DNA of 64,000 nt from an uncultured virus (IMG/VR IMGVR_UViG_3300008108_000086) (taxonomy: Duplodnaviria; Heunggongvirae; Uroviricota; Caudoviricetes), in the IMG/VR virus record IMGVR_UViG_3300008108_000086; one strand, 5' to 3'. Positions within the stretch are counted from its first letter, which is position 1. Every line of letters begins with the position of its first letter. The notes under the pieces are model-generated. The model was not told the origin of the DNA. It saw only the letters and a list, made by a program, of their open reading frames with translations, and did no database searches. This document shows, one piece after another, positions 37,401 to 50,000 of this stretch. Position numbers and translations under genes: made by a program.

Positions 37401-39011
37401 ATGTCAACAGTAAAAATTTCGCAATTAACAGAGAATAGTCCGACAACCAACAGAGCTAATACAATTTTTGTTGGTGTGAACTTGCAAACAAGTGTCACTG
37501 GTTCTTATACACTAGAACAGATTTTTGAATTGTCTGATGCATACGCACAAGCGGCTTTCTTAAAGGCAAATACACCATCTAGTGTTGCGAATTCTGCTGG
37601 TAATTTTGCCAACGGTGCATTTCTTGCGGCAAACTCTGGTGCCACGTTTGCTAATGCAGCATTCATTACTGCTAATGCAGCATACGATGCACAAAATACA
37701 ACCGCATCCTTTGCCAACGGTGCCTTCGCAACAGCCAATGCCTCTTATGTATCACAAAATACTACTGCAACTTTTGCAAATGCAGCCTTCACAAGAGCCA
37801 ATTCTGGTTACGGACAGGCCAACTCTGCTGCATCTTTTGCCAACGGTTCTTTTGTAACGGCTAATGCATCTTATGATAAGGCAAACTCGAATGCATTGTT
37901 TGCTAATGGTGCTTTCGTAACAGCCAATTCTGGTGCATCCTTTGCAAATTCGGCATTCATAACAGCCAATGCAGCAGCATCGTTTGCTAATGGTGCCTTT
38001 TTGACAGCTAATGCATCATATGAATCCCAGAATACCACAGCATCGTTTGCTAATGGTGCTTTCGTAACCGCTAATGCAGCCTACAATTCACAAAATACTA
38101 CTGCATCATTCGCTAATGGTGCCTTTGTGGTGGCCAATTCATCAGCATCGTTTGCTAATGGTGCCTTTGTAACCGCTAATGCAGCCTACAATTCACAAAA
38201 TACCACAGCATCGTTTGCTAATGGTGCCTTTTTGACAGCTAATGCATCATATGAATCCCAGAATACCACAGCATCGTTTGCTAATGGTGCCTTTGTAACC
38301 GCTAATGCATCATACGTTGCACAGAATACCACAGCATCGTTTGCTAATGGTGCCTTTGTGGTGGCCAATTCATCAGCAACTTTTGCTAATGCATCATTCA
38401 TTACAGCGAATGCCTCTTATGCATCACAGAATACAACCTCTGCATTTGCTAATGGTGCCTTTGTAACCGCTAATGCATCATATGAATCCCAGAATACCAC
38501 AGCAACCTTTGCAAATGCAGCCTTTACAAGAGCCAATTCTGGTTATGAACAGGCCAATAGTGCTGCATCGTTTGCCAACGGTGCTTTCACTCAAGCAAAT
38601 ACATCATTGCAAAATACTTCCACAATTGTTGTTAATACAAACTTAACAGTACCAGGTATACTAACTGTTAATGGACCTTTGTATGCTGCGAATACAATAA
38701 GAACTCCAAATATATTTCCAGGTTCACAAACTGCAATTGATATTGGATTTTCCAATTCTAGTATGGTTAAAGCAAACATCGCAGCAGATTTGGTCGTGAC
38801 TTTAAGTTCTTTTGTACCAGGAAAATTCACTGATGTTATTATTACCAACACATCAGGTCAACAAAGAACAATAACACACGGTTGTACAGAAATTAATTCT
38901 TCAATGGGCGCAACAACATTTAACTTAGCAGCAACAAGAACATGTTATCTAAGATATTTTAGTTTTAACAATGACCTAGCAAATACATATGTCGCAGCCA
39001 CATATCAATAA
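37401..39011 (+). CDS. fibre-like structural protein with Ala-Asn heptad repeats
   Basis: VKISQL N-terminus; dozens of ANGAFxT/ANxSYxS/QNTTASF heptads. Confidence 0.7.
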   Translation: MSTVKISQLTENSPTTNRANTIFVGVNLQTSVTGSYTLEQIFELSDAYAQAAFLKANTPSSVANSAGNFANGAFLAANSGATFANAAFITANAAYDAQNTTASFANGAFATANASYVSQNTTATFANAAFTRANSGYGQANSAASFANGSFVTANASYDKANSNALFANGAFVTANSGASFANSAFITANAAASFANGAFLTANASYESQNTTASFANGAFVTANAAYNSQNTTASFANGAFVVANSSASFANGAFVTANAAYNSQNTTASFANGAFLTANASYESQNTTASFANGAFVTANASYVAQNTTASFANGAFVVANSSATFANASFITANASYASQNTTSAFANGAFVTANASYESQNTTATFANAAFTRANSGYEQANSAASFANGAFTQANTSLQNTSTIVVNTNLTVPGILTVNGPLYAANTIRTPNIFPGSQTAIDIGFSNSSMVKANIAADLVVTLSSFVPGKFTDVIITNTSGQQRTITHGCTEINSSMGATTFNLAATRTCYLRYFSFNNDLANTYVAATYQ

Positions 39012-39021
39012 TAAATAAATC

Positions 39022-40401
39022 ATGGCAAATAAAAACATACTCACAAGCGCATCAAAGGTTTCACAGATAGACCTGTTGTATTATGCACCAGTTGCAGTGG
39101 TACCGCCAGCAATTACAATACCAATTCATTCTTACTATTGTTTCTTGGCCAAGCCAACTCCATGGGCAGATAATGATAATCCAACCATGCCGACTGGTGA
39201 CTTGAAGTCCATTAAACAAGTTCAAAAGAATATATTTGTTGCAAAACAAATTAAGACCAGTGATATATCACCAGTCATTCAACGAGTTGACTGGACCACA
39301 GGCACAGTGTATGATTATTTTCGTGATGATGTAGACATGTTGGCCAAAGATGTAAATGGTTTTATAACCAAAACATTCTATGTAAAGAACAAATACGACC
39401 AAGTCTTTAAGTGTTTGTGGAACAATAATGCTGGTGCATCAACAAGAGAACCTTATTTTGAACCAGGTACTTACTCAGCTAACAGAATTTTCCAAGGTGA
39501 CGATGGTTACAAATGGAAATTCATGTACACCATTGACACCGGTCTAAAACTAAAGTTTATGGACAGAGAATGGATGCCAGTACAAGTTGGTTCCAATACA
39601 CCGAACCCATTGGTTACCAGTGCAGGTGCAGGCAGTATAGATGTTATCAACGTCATAAATGGTGGGTCAGGATACGACACGGTCAATGCGGTCGTGTATG
39701 TTACTATCACAGGTGATGGCACAGGCGCAAGTGCATCCGCAAACGTGGAGTCTTTGGTGGATGGTGGTTCAGTTAGAGATATTATCGTGGTAAATCCAGG
39801 TAGTAATTATACCTATGCCAATATTGCGGTGACTTCGGCCATTGGTGGTAATGCCAACGTTACATGGGCAACATCACCGATTGGTGGCCATGGTTTTGAT
39901 CCTATTTCTGAGTTAGGTTGTGAACATGTTATGTTGACCGCTGAGTTCGATGGTGATGAAAATGGTTTTATACCAACAGACATAGACTATCACCAAGTAG
40001 GCATCATAGTAAATCCAACCACAAAACAATTCAATCCAAACCCAGCTAACGGTATCATCTATAGCACAACAACAAATATTGTTGTGGCTCCAGGTTCAGA
40101 TGCAGGTTATACACCAGATGAATTCGTATATCAAGGTACGTTGGCCAATCCAACATTTTATGCAAACGTTTTGAGTTTTGATGGTGGTTCCAATCTAATT
40201 AAGCTGATAAATACTACAGGAACTCCAGCAAATAACAGTCCAATATTTGGCCAAGATTCAAAGACAACAAGAACATTATTGTCATATAGTACTCCAAATT
40301 TTGCAGTTCATTCTGGTTATATGATTTATGTACAGAATAGATCCGGTGTTCAAAGAAGTACTGATGGCATAGAACAATTCAGATTCGTATTAGGTTTCTA
40401 A
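39022..40401 (+). CDS. gp8: baseplate wedge subunit gp8
   Basis: RVDWTTGTVYD...FYVKN...VFKCLWN...DGYKWKFMYTI...GGHG.D...ELG. Confidence 0.88.
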   Translation: MANKNILTSASKVSQIDLLYYAPVAVVPPAITIPIHSYYCFLAKPTPWADNDNPTMPTGDLKSIKQVQKNIFVAKQIKTSDISPVIQRVDWTTGTVYDYFRDDVDMLAKDVNGFITKTFYVKNKYDQVFKCLWNNNAGASTREPYFEPGTYSANRIFQGDDGYKWKFMYTIDTGLKLKFMDREWMPVQVGSNTPNPLVTSAGAGSIDVINVINGGSGYDTVNAVVYVTITGDGTGASASANVESLVDGGSVRDIIVVNPGSNYTYANIAVTSAIGGNANVTWATSPIGGHGFDPISELGCEHVMLTAEFDGDENGFIPTDIDYHQVGIIVNPTTKQFNPNPANGIIYSTTTNIVVAPGSDAGYTPDEFVYQGTLANPTFYANVLSFDGGSNLIKLINTTGTPANNSPIFGQDSKTTRTLLSYSTPNFAVHSGYMIYVQNRSGVQRSTDGIEQFRFVLGF

Positions 40402-40410
40402 GGGAAAAAA

Positions 40411-43400
40411 ATGGCTTTAAATTTTAACGTTGATCCATACTTTGACGATTTCGATGGAGCAAAAAACTTCCATCGTATATTGTTTAAACCTGGTGTTGCT
40501 GTACAAGCAAGAGAATTAACACAAGCGCAAACTATATTACAAAATCAAATCACCAGTTTTGCGGACAACATTTTCAAACAAAATTCTCCTGTTACAGGTG
40601 GACAGGTTACGACCAATTTTGATGTAAAGTATATTAAGATTCAAGAATCATTTGAAGGTATCAATATTGATATCGAACAATTTGAAAATAAATTAATTAG
40701 AAATGCTGATGGAACTGTTGTTGCTAGAGTTATAACAACTGCGGTAGCAACAGGCACCGCAGGCGAAGGTGATGCGGCAACATTGATTGTTTCATACAAA
40801 ACCGGAACACAATTTACCGACAACGATATCATTTATGATTCAGATTCAAATCTAGCCTGTCAGGCTATGCCAAGTGAAGCGGTAGGTCCATCATCAATTG
40901 CATCCATTTCACAAGGCGTTTTCTATGTACTAGGTAACTTTGTTCAAGTAACTCCACAAACAGTTATCTTGGACAAGTATGGTAATACACCATCAAGACG
41001 AGTTGGTTTGGAAATAACCGAAACAATATTCGATTATGCAAACGATAATTCATTGTTGGATCCAGCAGTTGGTGCATCCAACTATCAAGCACCAGGTGCA
41101 GACCGTTATGTAATTAGTTTACAGATATCTTCAAGACCTTTATTTTTTGGTGACGATTCTTTGTTTATTGAATTGGTTAGAATTGAGGAAGGTAGTGTAT
41201 ACAGAATGGTTGATGGTTCAGTCTATGCAACCATTGATGATTACTTTGCGAAACGTGACTATGAAACTAATGGTGATTATATAATTCAAGATTTTAAATT
41301 AACACCAAAAACTTATGCAGATGATGAAGACAAATATACCATGAACGTTGGTAAAGGTCTGGCTTATGTACACGGATATCGTGTGGAAAATCCATCACCA
41401 ATTAACATCATCTCCAATCGTGCAAGAACAACAGCATCCCAAAATAACGAACCATCTTTCATAGATTATGGTAGTTATTTTTTGGTTAGTAACGTTGCCG
41501 GTATAGGTACAGCCACATTTCCTGTAACAACAGCCAACACAGTAGATTTCCATTGTGTGGCCAATACAAATATCAATACTGCAAACACCTCAACTTATAA
41601 TTCCACATTAGTTGCAACAGCATACATTCGTGGACTACAATTAGATAGCACACCATCAAACAGTGATGCGTCAACTTATGTTTTCAAAGCACACGTTTAT
41701 GATATTGAAAACAAATCAATTTCAGCAAATGTTATCTCAGCAAATGCAACATCAATAGTATTGGCTAGCATTAATGGTATAACATCATCGGTAGATGGTG
41801 CGTATGAAGGTGTTGATGTTACTATCACCAGAGGAACCAATGCAGGTGAGACCAGAACTATTTCAAATTACAATGGCACCACAAGAGTTGCAACAGTAAG
41901 CCAATCATGGAGTGTTACACCTGATAGTTCATCAGTATATGTTTTAAACTTTGATACACCAGATATTGAATCTATGGTGTTTACAAACAGTGATAACACA
42001 TATCCAAAAGTAAGATATGCCAGTGCAAAGATTGACAATCAAGGAAAAGTTGGTAACATACCATCAGGTGATGCCATTTTTGAAAATCCAAATATACCAG
42101 AAATGATTTACCCAATTGGTAATCCATTTGTTTCTGAGATTTCATCACCATCTTATACAACATATCAAGAAATTAAAGGTATAAATTTTAACGTTTCTGG
42201 TTCAACTCTGTCAGCTGAATTGTCTTACACAAGTAGTTACGCCAACGTTATTAAACATTTGGGTAATGAAGGCACAACATTATCAGGTGATGTTGTTGAA
42301 CAATGTTATACAATTATTGTTACAGACAGACAATCAAATAGTACACTGACTAATGGTCAAGTTGTTCCTTGGACATTGAATGGTAGAAGTGTTACCTTAA
42401 ACAATGATGGTTCGGTTGCAACATTCACAACACCAACATCAGATTTGACCGCATTTACTGCAACAATTATTGCAAAGGTGTTTGTTGTTGATGGTACTAA
42501 CACTAGTCACGTACTAAGAATTAAGAATCTAGTCACAGGAAATACAACAGCAGTATCAAGTAATGCTTCTGGTTATATGACTACTGTAGCTACAAATACA
42601 TTTGTTGATGACTCAGCAAGTTCAACAGGTCACGTTTATATTAAGGCAGCTGGTGTTTTGGCTAATGGTTTAAAACAATCATTATATTTGTCTGATGTTA
42701 AACAAATTATAAAAATTATTGACACAAAAACCAATGTGTATCCAACTCTGGATATGTTAACAAACAGTTCTTATGATGTTACAAACAGATACACATTTGA
42801 TAATGGTCAAAGAGATAGTTATTATGACCATGCATCATTAACATTAAGACCGGGTGCTGTTAAGCCTACAGGCAACCTTCTTATTATTCTAGACTATTAT
42901 AAACACAGTGGTGGTGATGGTTACTTTAGTAAAATGTCATACATTGATAACTCAAGTTCACCAGAAAACTACAATGAGATTCCATCATACACCAGTAAAC
43001 ATGGTGCCGTGTATTCATTGAGAGATTGTATAGACTTTAGACCTTCAATACTCAATGCACAAACACAATTTGTTTTCCGTTATTCTAATCCTTCTTCAAC
43101 TAGATTAGGTACATTACAGCCAGCAGATTTGTCAACCTTTATTTGTGACTATTCTTATTATCTTGGACGTAAAGACAAACTGATTATATCAAAAGATAAA
43201 TCAATTCAAATCATTGAGGGTTCACCTTCTATTAATCCATTGTTGCCTAATGCACCAGATGGATCACTAGTTTTGGCCAACATTACACATAGACCATATA
43301 CAGGATATGTTCCAACAGAAATCTCAACTGGACTATCCGATTTGTCTATAGAATCGGTACAAAATCGCCGTTATACCATGTCAGATATTGCTGGATTGGA

Positions 43401-46400
43401 TACAAGAATTAATAGAATTGAATACTATACAGCGTTAAATGCATTGGAACAAAATGCAAATTCATTGCAGATTTCTGATGCATATGGATTAAACAGATTT
43501 AAAAACGGTATTATGGTTGATGATTTTTCTGGTTACTCAGCATCCGATTCTGGAGTTGCAGACTTTAATGCATCTATCAATCGTAGAACAAAGCGCATGA
43601 CAGCAAAACAAACTGTCAAAAACTTCCCGTTAAAGAGTTTGGCGTTAGCTTATAACATGGAAAAAGCAACAAGTAGTGCAATTTCTTTATTGAATTTTGC
43701 ACGAACATCATCCGGTTATAACAACTACTTCTCTTTACCATACACATCAACAAATATTATTGCACAAAGATTGGCAAGTAGAACAGTCAACATTAATCCT
43801 TTCTCTGTCACAGAATCAAAAGGATTGGTTGCATTGTCACCTAACGTTGACAATTGGGTTGATACAACTTATTCTCCTTCACTATTAATTGTTGATCCGA
43901 ATCTACACGTTTGGCAAAGTTCAAACACAGTTAATACATTAGTGTCAGGTGATTGGCAAACAGTTGGTGGTACAACCACATTAGATAAACAAAATTCTTC
44001 GGAAACAACTTGGTCTAACGTAACTGGTGGCCGATTTACAGGTATAACAACAGAAAATGTTAAGCAAACAACTACAACATCAACATATAAAACTGTAACA
44101 AATCAAGCTGGTACAGATATACTTGGTGCATATAGTAAACTAGACAATACTTATTCATTGAATAATGGTTACATTAATGACATTAGTATTCTACCATGGA
44201 TAAGACCGCAAGAAATTACTATCAGTGCTGAGGGGATGTTATACAAGACACGGGTTTATAGTTTCTTTGATACAATTAGTACAGACAAATACATCAAGAA
44301 AACAAATGAAATTGAATTGACCAATGTTGTTGGTACATTCCAACCAAATGATATTGTTGGTTATTACTCAGCTGGCACTTTTGTACCAACAGGTATTGTT
44401 ATTGGTGTATATGATTATCCAAACTCAAATAGTATGAGATTGTATGTTGCAGGTGACGGTAAAACTACAACATACCATAACGGAAATGCTTTAGTAAATT
44501 CTACATTTAATGCTGAAGGTGTTTATCAAGCCAGCACAGCACAAGGTACTTTTAGTAGTCAGAAACATAATGGTGGTTTGATTCGCACTGTTGGCAGCAC
44601 AACGCAATTAACATTATCAACACTTGCATCTTCAACAAACACAGACTATGTTGGTCAAACTTTATATATCAATAGTGGTACTGGCCAAGGACAATCAGCA
44701 GTAATCAACGGTTATAACGGATCAACCAAAGTGATTACATTGGCGACACCAATATCTTGTGCAGTGAATGACCTATACTCAATAGGAACATTTGTAACCA
44801 ATGAAGAAGGTAGTTTCTTTGGTATATTTACAATACCTGCAAATACTTTCCACACAGGTACTAGAGTGTTCCGTATGGACAATCGTTTCAATGGAAACGA
44901 ATCTACTATAACGACATATGCAGAAGGTACATTCTATGCTTCCGGTTTACAAACAAATGCACAAAATATAGATTTCGGTGCATCACCTTCCGGAGCAAAA
45001 GACACATTCACACAAAGTAAAAAGAGAGATGTAGTAACTTACAAAACAACTGTTGATGTAACCACCACATCTTCATTCACATTTATCCCACCTGAGCCAA
45101 GAGATCCGGTAGCACAGACTTTCATCATAGATAAAGACAATTTTTCAAATGGTGCATTTATTACCTCTGTTAGAATATTCTTTAAACAAAAACCAACCAG
45201 TGATGCTGCGCCAGTAACATTATCAATTGTTGGAACACTCAATGGTTATCCAAATGGATCAACATTAGACAATTCAATTGTTACTCTACCAGCATACAAA
45301 ATTAAAACCTCTGAATCTCCACAATATTTGGATGAAACTACATACACAGAATTTACTTTCAAATCACCTGTGTACATCCAATCTGAAGTGATGTATTCAA
45401 TTGTTTTGAAATCATCTTCAAACGAATACTTATTATACACAGCCTCCAACGGAGACATAGCATTACCTTCTTCAGTTAAGAATCTTGCAACTGATCCATA
45501 TCCAAGTTCAATTACAAAAATTGGTGCAGCACCTTATGTCGGATCATTATTTTTGTCACAGAATTCTCAAACATGGACAGCGGATCAAAACCAAAGTTTG
45601 ATGTTTACTATTGAACGTGCAAAATTTGACATAACAAAAACACCTTCAATTAGAATGATTGTTCCTAAGAAGATGCCACAGAGAACATTAGTGGAAAATC
45701 AAATTGATTATTTCACAAATGCTAATACCATGGTCAACAATGTTGGTACAACTTCTGATGTTGACTTATTAGTTGATGCTTTCAACTTGACAACCACAGA
45801 TTTTGTTCCTTCATCAACAGGTATTAATTACACATATTCAGCAACATTACAAAATGGCACCGACACCTCAGAGGTGAATATTAATCCAGGTAAATATGGT
45901 ACAACAATGTACGAACACATTTATTTGAATGATAATAAGGGTCAAAGAATTATCAAGGCCAATTCAACAACATCTTTCTCGATGTATGCATACTTGATTT
46001 CAACTGACGATGCGGTATCACCAATTATTTCTGATGCAGGCACTTCAGTATTCACAATCGAATATGATATCAACAACTGTGAATTGTCAAACGGTTTAAT
46101 TTCTATCACTAGTGGTGGTAGTGGTTACAATGTTCAAAACACAACAGTTACAATTTCACCACCAACTGGTAAAAATGGTGAACAAGCTTACGCATCAGCT
46201 AATGTGGTTGGTGGTGTTATTGATGCAATTTATATTACCACACCAGGTGCAGGTTACATCGAAACACCAACCATCACAATCGTTGATGCAAATAACACAC
46301 CAGGAACTGGCGCAACAGCTGTTGTTGCTGGTGAAACTTCTGTTAAGGGTGGTCCAGCCGCAACAAGATACATCACCAAGAAGGTTGTATTAGAAGGTGG

Positions 46401-46782
46401 ATTTGATTCAGGTGACCTAAATGTTTATTTGTCCGCATATCGTCCTTTGGGAACCGATGTTAACGTGTATTATAAAGTCTTGAGTAGAAATGATACACAA
46501 GGTTTTGATGATGGTTATTGGCAGTTAATGACAAAAACAAACAGTAGTGATGGATTATATTCACAATCAAGAAATAACCTACATGAATACACATTTGCAC
46601 CAGGAACTTTAGGTAAAGAACAAGGTTTTGTTTCTTATTTAAGTAACAATGGTCAAACATACTACACATTCAGTCAGTTTGCTATCAAAGTTGTATTAAC
46701 AACGACAGACAGTACCCTTGTTCCATATTTGTCTGACATAAGATGTATTGCTTTACCACCAAATACTAACACTGTATTCTAA
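40411..46782 (+). CDS. large virion structural protein, VrlC/DUF4815-like
   Basis: FNVDPYFDDF...ILFKPG.AVQARELTQ.Q; APGADRY; RFKNG.MVDDF; DPVAQTF. Confidence 0.8.
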   Translation: MALNFNVDPYFDDFDGAKNFHRILFKPGVAVQARELTQAQTILQNQITSFADNIFKQNSPVTGGQVTTNFDVKYIKIQESFEGINIDIEQFENKLIRNADGTVVARVITTAVATGTAGEGDAATLIVSYKTGTQFTDNDIIYDSDSNLACQAMPSEAVGPSSIASISQGVFYVLGNFVQVTPQTVILDKYGNTPSRRVGLEITETIFDYANDNSLLDPAVGASNYQAPGADRYVISLQISSRPLFFGDDSLFIELVRIEEGSVYRMVDGSVYATIDDYFAKRDYETNGDYIIQDFKLTPKTYADDEDKYTMNVGKGLAYVHGYRVENPSPINIISNRARTTASQNNEPSFIDYGSYFLVSNVAGIGTATFPVTTANTVDFHCVANTNINTANTSTYNSTLVATAYIRGLQLDSTPSNSDASTYVFKAHVYDIENKSISANVISANATSIVLASINGITSSVDGAYEGVDVTITRGTNAGETRTISNYNGTTRVATVSQSWSVTPDSSSVYVLNFDTPDIESMVFTNSDNTYPKVRYASAKIDNQGKVGNIPSGDAIFENPNIPEMIYPIGNPFVSEISSPSYTTYQEIKGINFNVSGSTLSAELSYTSSYANVIKHLGNEGTTLSGDVVEQCYTIIVTDRQSNSTLTNGQVVPWTLNGRSVTLNNDGSVATFTTPTSDLTAFTATIIAKVFVVDGTNTSHVLRIKNLVTGNTTAVSSNASGYMTTVATNTFVDDSASSTGHVYIKAAGVLANGLKQSLYLSDVKQIIKIIDTKTNVYPTLDMLTNSSYDVTNRYTFDNGQRDSYYDHASLTLRPGAVKPTGNLLIILDYYKHSGGDGYFSKMSYIDNSSSPENYNEIPSYTSKHGAVYSLRDCIDFRPSILNAQTQFVFRYSNPSSTRLGTLQPADLSTFICDYSYYLGRKDKLIISKDKSIQIIEGSPSINPLLPNAPDGSLVLANITHRPYTGYVPTEISTGLSDLSIESVQNRRYTMSDIAGLDTRINRIEYYTALNALEQNANSLQISDAYGLNRFKNGIMVDDFSGYSASDSGVADFNASINRRTKRMTAKQTVKNFPLKSLALAYNMEKATSSAISLLNFARTSSGYNNYFSLPYTSTNIIAQRLASRTVNINPFSVTESKGLVALSPNVDNWVDTTYSPSLLIVDPNLHVWQSSNTVNTLVSGDWQTVGGTTTLDKQNSSETTWSNVTGGRFTGITTENVKQTTTTSTYKTVTNQAGTDILGAYSKLDNTYSLNNGYINDISILPWIRPQEITISAEGMLYKTRVYSFFDTISTDKYIKKTNEIELTNVVGTFQPNDIVGYYSAGTFVPTGIVIGVYDYPNSNSMRLYVAGDGKTTTYHNGNALVNSTFNAEGVYQASTAQGTFSSQKHNGGLIRTVGSTTQLTLSTLASSTNTDYVGQTLYINSGTGQGQSAVINGYNGSTKVITLATPISCAVNDLYSIGTFVTNEEGSFFGIFTIPANTFHTGTRVFRMDNRFNGNESTITTYAEGTFYASGLQTNAQNIDFGASPSGAKDTFTQSKKRDVVTYKTTVDVTTTSSFTFIPPEPRDPVAQTFIIDKDNFSNGAFITSVRIFFKQKPTSDAAPVTLSIVGTLNGYPNGSTLDNSIVTLPAYKIKTSESPQYLDETTYTEFTFKSPVYIQSEVMYSIVLKSSSNEYLLYTASNGDIALPSSVKNLATDPYPSSITKIGAAPYVGSLFLSQNSQTWTADQNQSLMFTIERAKFDITKTPSIRMIVPKKMPQRTLVENQIDYFTNANTMVNNVGTTSDVDLLVDAFNLTTTDFVPSSTGINYTYSATLQNGTDTSEVNINPGKYGTTMYEHIYLNDNKGQRIIKANSTTSFSMYAYLISTDDAVSPIISDAGTSVFTIEYDINNCELSNGLISITSGGSGYNVQNTTVTISPPTGKNGEQAYASANVVGGVIDAIYITTPGAGYIETPTITIVDANNTPGTGATAVVAGETSVKGGPAATRYITKKVVLEGGFDSGDLNVYLSAYRPLGTDVNVYYKVLSRNDTQGFDDGYWQLMTKTNSSDGLYSQSRNNLHEYTFAPGTLGKEQGFVSYLSNNGQTYYTFSQFAIKVVLTTTDSTLVPYLSDIRCIALPPNTNTVF

Positions 46783-46784
46783 TT

Positions 46785-47006
46785 ATGCAACTACTGAAGG
46801 TACAAGGCACTAAACTAGTGAGGGATCCTAGAAGTGGTGCCATTATCAACCAAGATAAAACAGGACTAGATGACTATCTGGCTAGACGCCGTGGTATGGA
46901 GTCTCAAAAGGAAGAAATAAATAAAGTAAAGTCTGATATCACAGAAATGAAACAAGACATGACAGAAATAAAAAGTTTGTTACTAAAACTATTAGAAAAA
47001 GGTTAA
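46785..47006 (+). CDS. small coiled-coil protein of T4-like phages
   Basis: LVRDPRSGAIIN...EIKSLL. Confidence 0.75.
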   Translation: MQLLKVQGTKLVRDPRSGAIINQDKTGLDDYLARRRGMESQKEEINKVKSDITEMKQDMTEIKSLLLKLLEKG

Positions 47007-47007
47007 A

Positions 47008-50000
47008 ATGGCTAATACAGTTACCTCATTAAGTTATGCCAATACATTCGGCCATTGGTTAACGTCAACTAATGCATTGATTGCTGAAAATAATGCATTG
47101 GCTAAAGACAATTATGTGAAAGATTCGGGAACAATTTATCTTTCCGAAGGCACACTGAACGCATTACAATCAAACGGTAATGTTATTGTACAAAAAGTAT
47201 TGAGTGTTCAAGGTGTTGGTTCATATGCTGTTGTACAGAATGATTTAACTGTTCAACGCCAAGGTTTATTTACCAATACGGAATTAAGTTTGACTGCATC
47301 AGGTAATGTTCAAATTGATAAAGTATTAACAGTATCTGGTTTAGGATATGGTCTTAGAGTTGTTAATGATGCCGAGGTTGATGGTAATTTGTATGTTGGT
47401 GGTGACCTAGATTTAAATATTCTAGAAGCTCGTCAGAAAGTTAACACATCGACCTTATCTGTTACTGGTTCAACGTTTACCAATAAACTGCAAGCAAATA
47501 ATCAAGTTGTTACAGGTGTACTTACCGCAAACAGTAGTATCTTCACAAGTCGTTTGCAATCAAACACTTCTATAACAACCACAGAAATTCAAGCCAACAC
47601 CGTTATTAACGCTGCGACCATTTCTATAACAACTGGTATCTTTGGCAACTCGTTACAAGCCAATTCATCCGTTAACACATCAAATGCTTCTATTGTTAAT
47701 ACGTTGTATGTAAATAGAGTACAAGCAAACTCATCCGTAAACACATCAAATGTATCCGTTGTTAACACAGTATTCGCTAATAACATAGTTGCAAATTCAT
47801 CCATTCGTGTACCTGAAGCCTTTATATCAGGTAATGCATATGTGAGCAATAATTTCTTTGTAAATTCATCCACATATGTGGATGATAATGTCTATGCAGC
47901 AAACACAATGTTCAGTGATATAGTATTTGCAAATACCGTTTACATACAAAATAATAGTCTCACTGTTGGTAACACCAACTCAACATCATTCTTTGCTGCA
48001 GCAAATATAACCACACCAACATTACATTTTGTACAAGGTTATGGTGATTATCTTACTGCAAACTTACACATTTATACACCTTCAATAGACGTTGAAGGTA
48101 CCACATTGACACGTTTTGTACAAGCAAATTCGTCAATGAATACATCCAACTCAAGTGTTGTTAACACCAGCTGGACAAATTATTTGGTCGCAAATACATT
48201 AGTTACTACAGCAGGTATTGCTGTAACAGGTAAGACACATACTAATACTTTACAAGCCAACACTTCGGCAAATACAGAAACTTTATCTGTGACTCAACGT
48301 GCATTGATTGATAGAGTACAAGCCAACACATCAGTTAACACTGACATTTTAAGTGTTGCGACAATTGCTTATTCAAATAGATTCCAAGCAAACAGTACAG
48401 TAAATGCACAATCAATAAGTGTCACAAGCAATACTTTTACAAATAGATTACAAGCAAACACATCTGTAAACACTGCAACAATGTTTGTTACAAACAAGAT
48501 TGATGCTAATGACGCATCAGTTTTTGTAAACAACCTACAAACTTTAGGTCAGTTATCTGTTGGTGGAGATTTTGTTATCAATGGCACAACAGTGTACAAC
48601 TCAAATGTGTTTACATTAAACGCAGCATCAAATGAAGGCCAATTTGCTTCCATCTTTGTAAACAGAGGTATCACTGGTGCAAATGCAGAAATTTTTTGGA
48701 ACGAATCACAAGAATGGTGGGAAGTATATGGTGTACACACAGGTGACTACTATAGAATTTTAAGTGATGAACACCTTAGTGACGCATTGGATTCTACCAA
48801 TCCATTGGTCATTGCATCATCATTGGCTGCAAACACACTAGATGTAAAAATACAAACAGCAAATAATTATTTTACATCGGTCACAAATTCAACCAACAGT
48901 TTTGCAAACGGTGCCTTTGTAAGAGCCAACTCATCTTATGCGGCTCAAAATACAACCGCATCATTTGCAAACGCAGCATTTAGACATGCAAACGCAGCAT
49001 ATGAATCTGCAAACAATGTGGCACCTCAAGTTGCACCAGCATTTGCACAGGCCAATGCAGCATTTGCAAAAGCAAACAGTGTTATATCTTCAATCAGAGG
49101 AACAACAGGTTCAATTTCTGCGAGTGATGCTGGTGTTACCTTAAGAAGTAACAATGGTATTGTTATTTTTGCCACAAATGATGGTGATACAGGTAACACA
49201 TTGTCAATCAGTACGTCACAAGACCTAAGAACTTCCGGTTCACCAACGTTTGCTGGTTTAACATTGTCAACTCCACTACAAGTAGGCCAAGGTGGTACAG
49301 GAACAACATCCTATGCATCATTATTTGGTTTAGCAGTAACTGCTGCAGCAGGTTCAGGTGAAGCCGGAAAAGTTCTTGGTACAGATGGTTCTGGTAGTTA
49401 TTCTTGGGTAACAGGTGGTACCGGTGGTGGTGGTGGCGGTACACAACCAGGTTCTAGAATTTCTTCTGCTCGTTTATCTTATACTGGTGATAGTTCGACC
49501 GCTAAGTTTACCACACCAACATTCAGTACTGGTACACAACTTAGAGCATACATTAACGGTGTGCGTCAATTAGAATCTGAATACAATGCATTTACTTCAA
49601 ACTCTATTATTTGGTTTACAAGCCCACCAGTAACTGGTGATAAAATTTTGGTTGAAGTTGATGGTTATGCCGTGTATGAATACTTTGCAAACAATATTGT
49701 TTATGGTCCTGCATCAGGTGATATGTCTGGTGCAACTATTCAAGATGCAATCGACAACTTAGAAACAAGAAAGATGCCAAAAATTGGTGGCACCTTTACA
49801 GGCCGTGTTAATGGTCTGACTATGCCATCAACTACATCGAACACTGTATTTGCAACAACACAATTTGTAAACCAATATGCAAATGCTGGTTACACATTAA
49901 CACATAGTATTACTGGTAATGCAGGCACAGTAACAAATGGATTGTATTCAAGTAGTTCATATGCCGATCCATCTTGGTTAACAAGTCTCGCAACATCAAA

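Noticed and set aside
37540..38600. CRISPR-like periodic repeats
   Set aside because: The units are degenerate, in frame, 21-bp multiples with no unique spacers: protein-coding heptads
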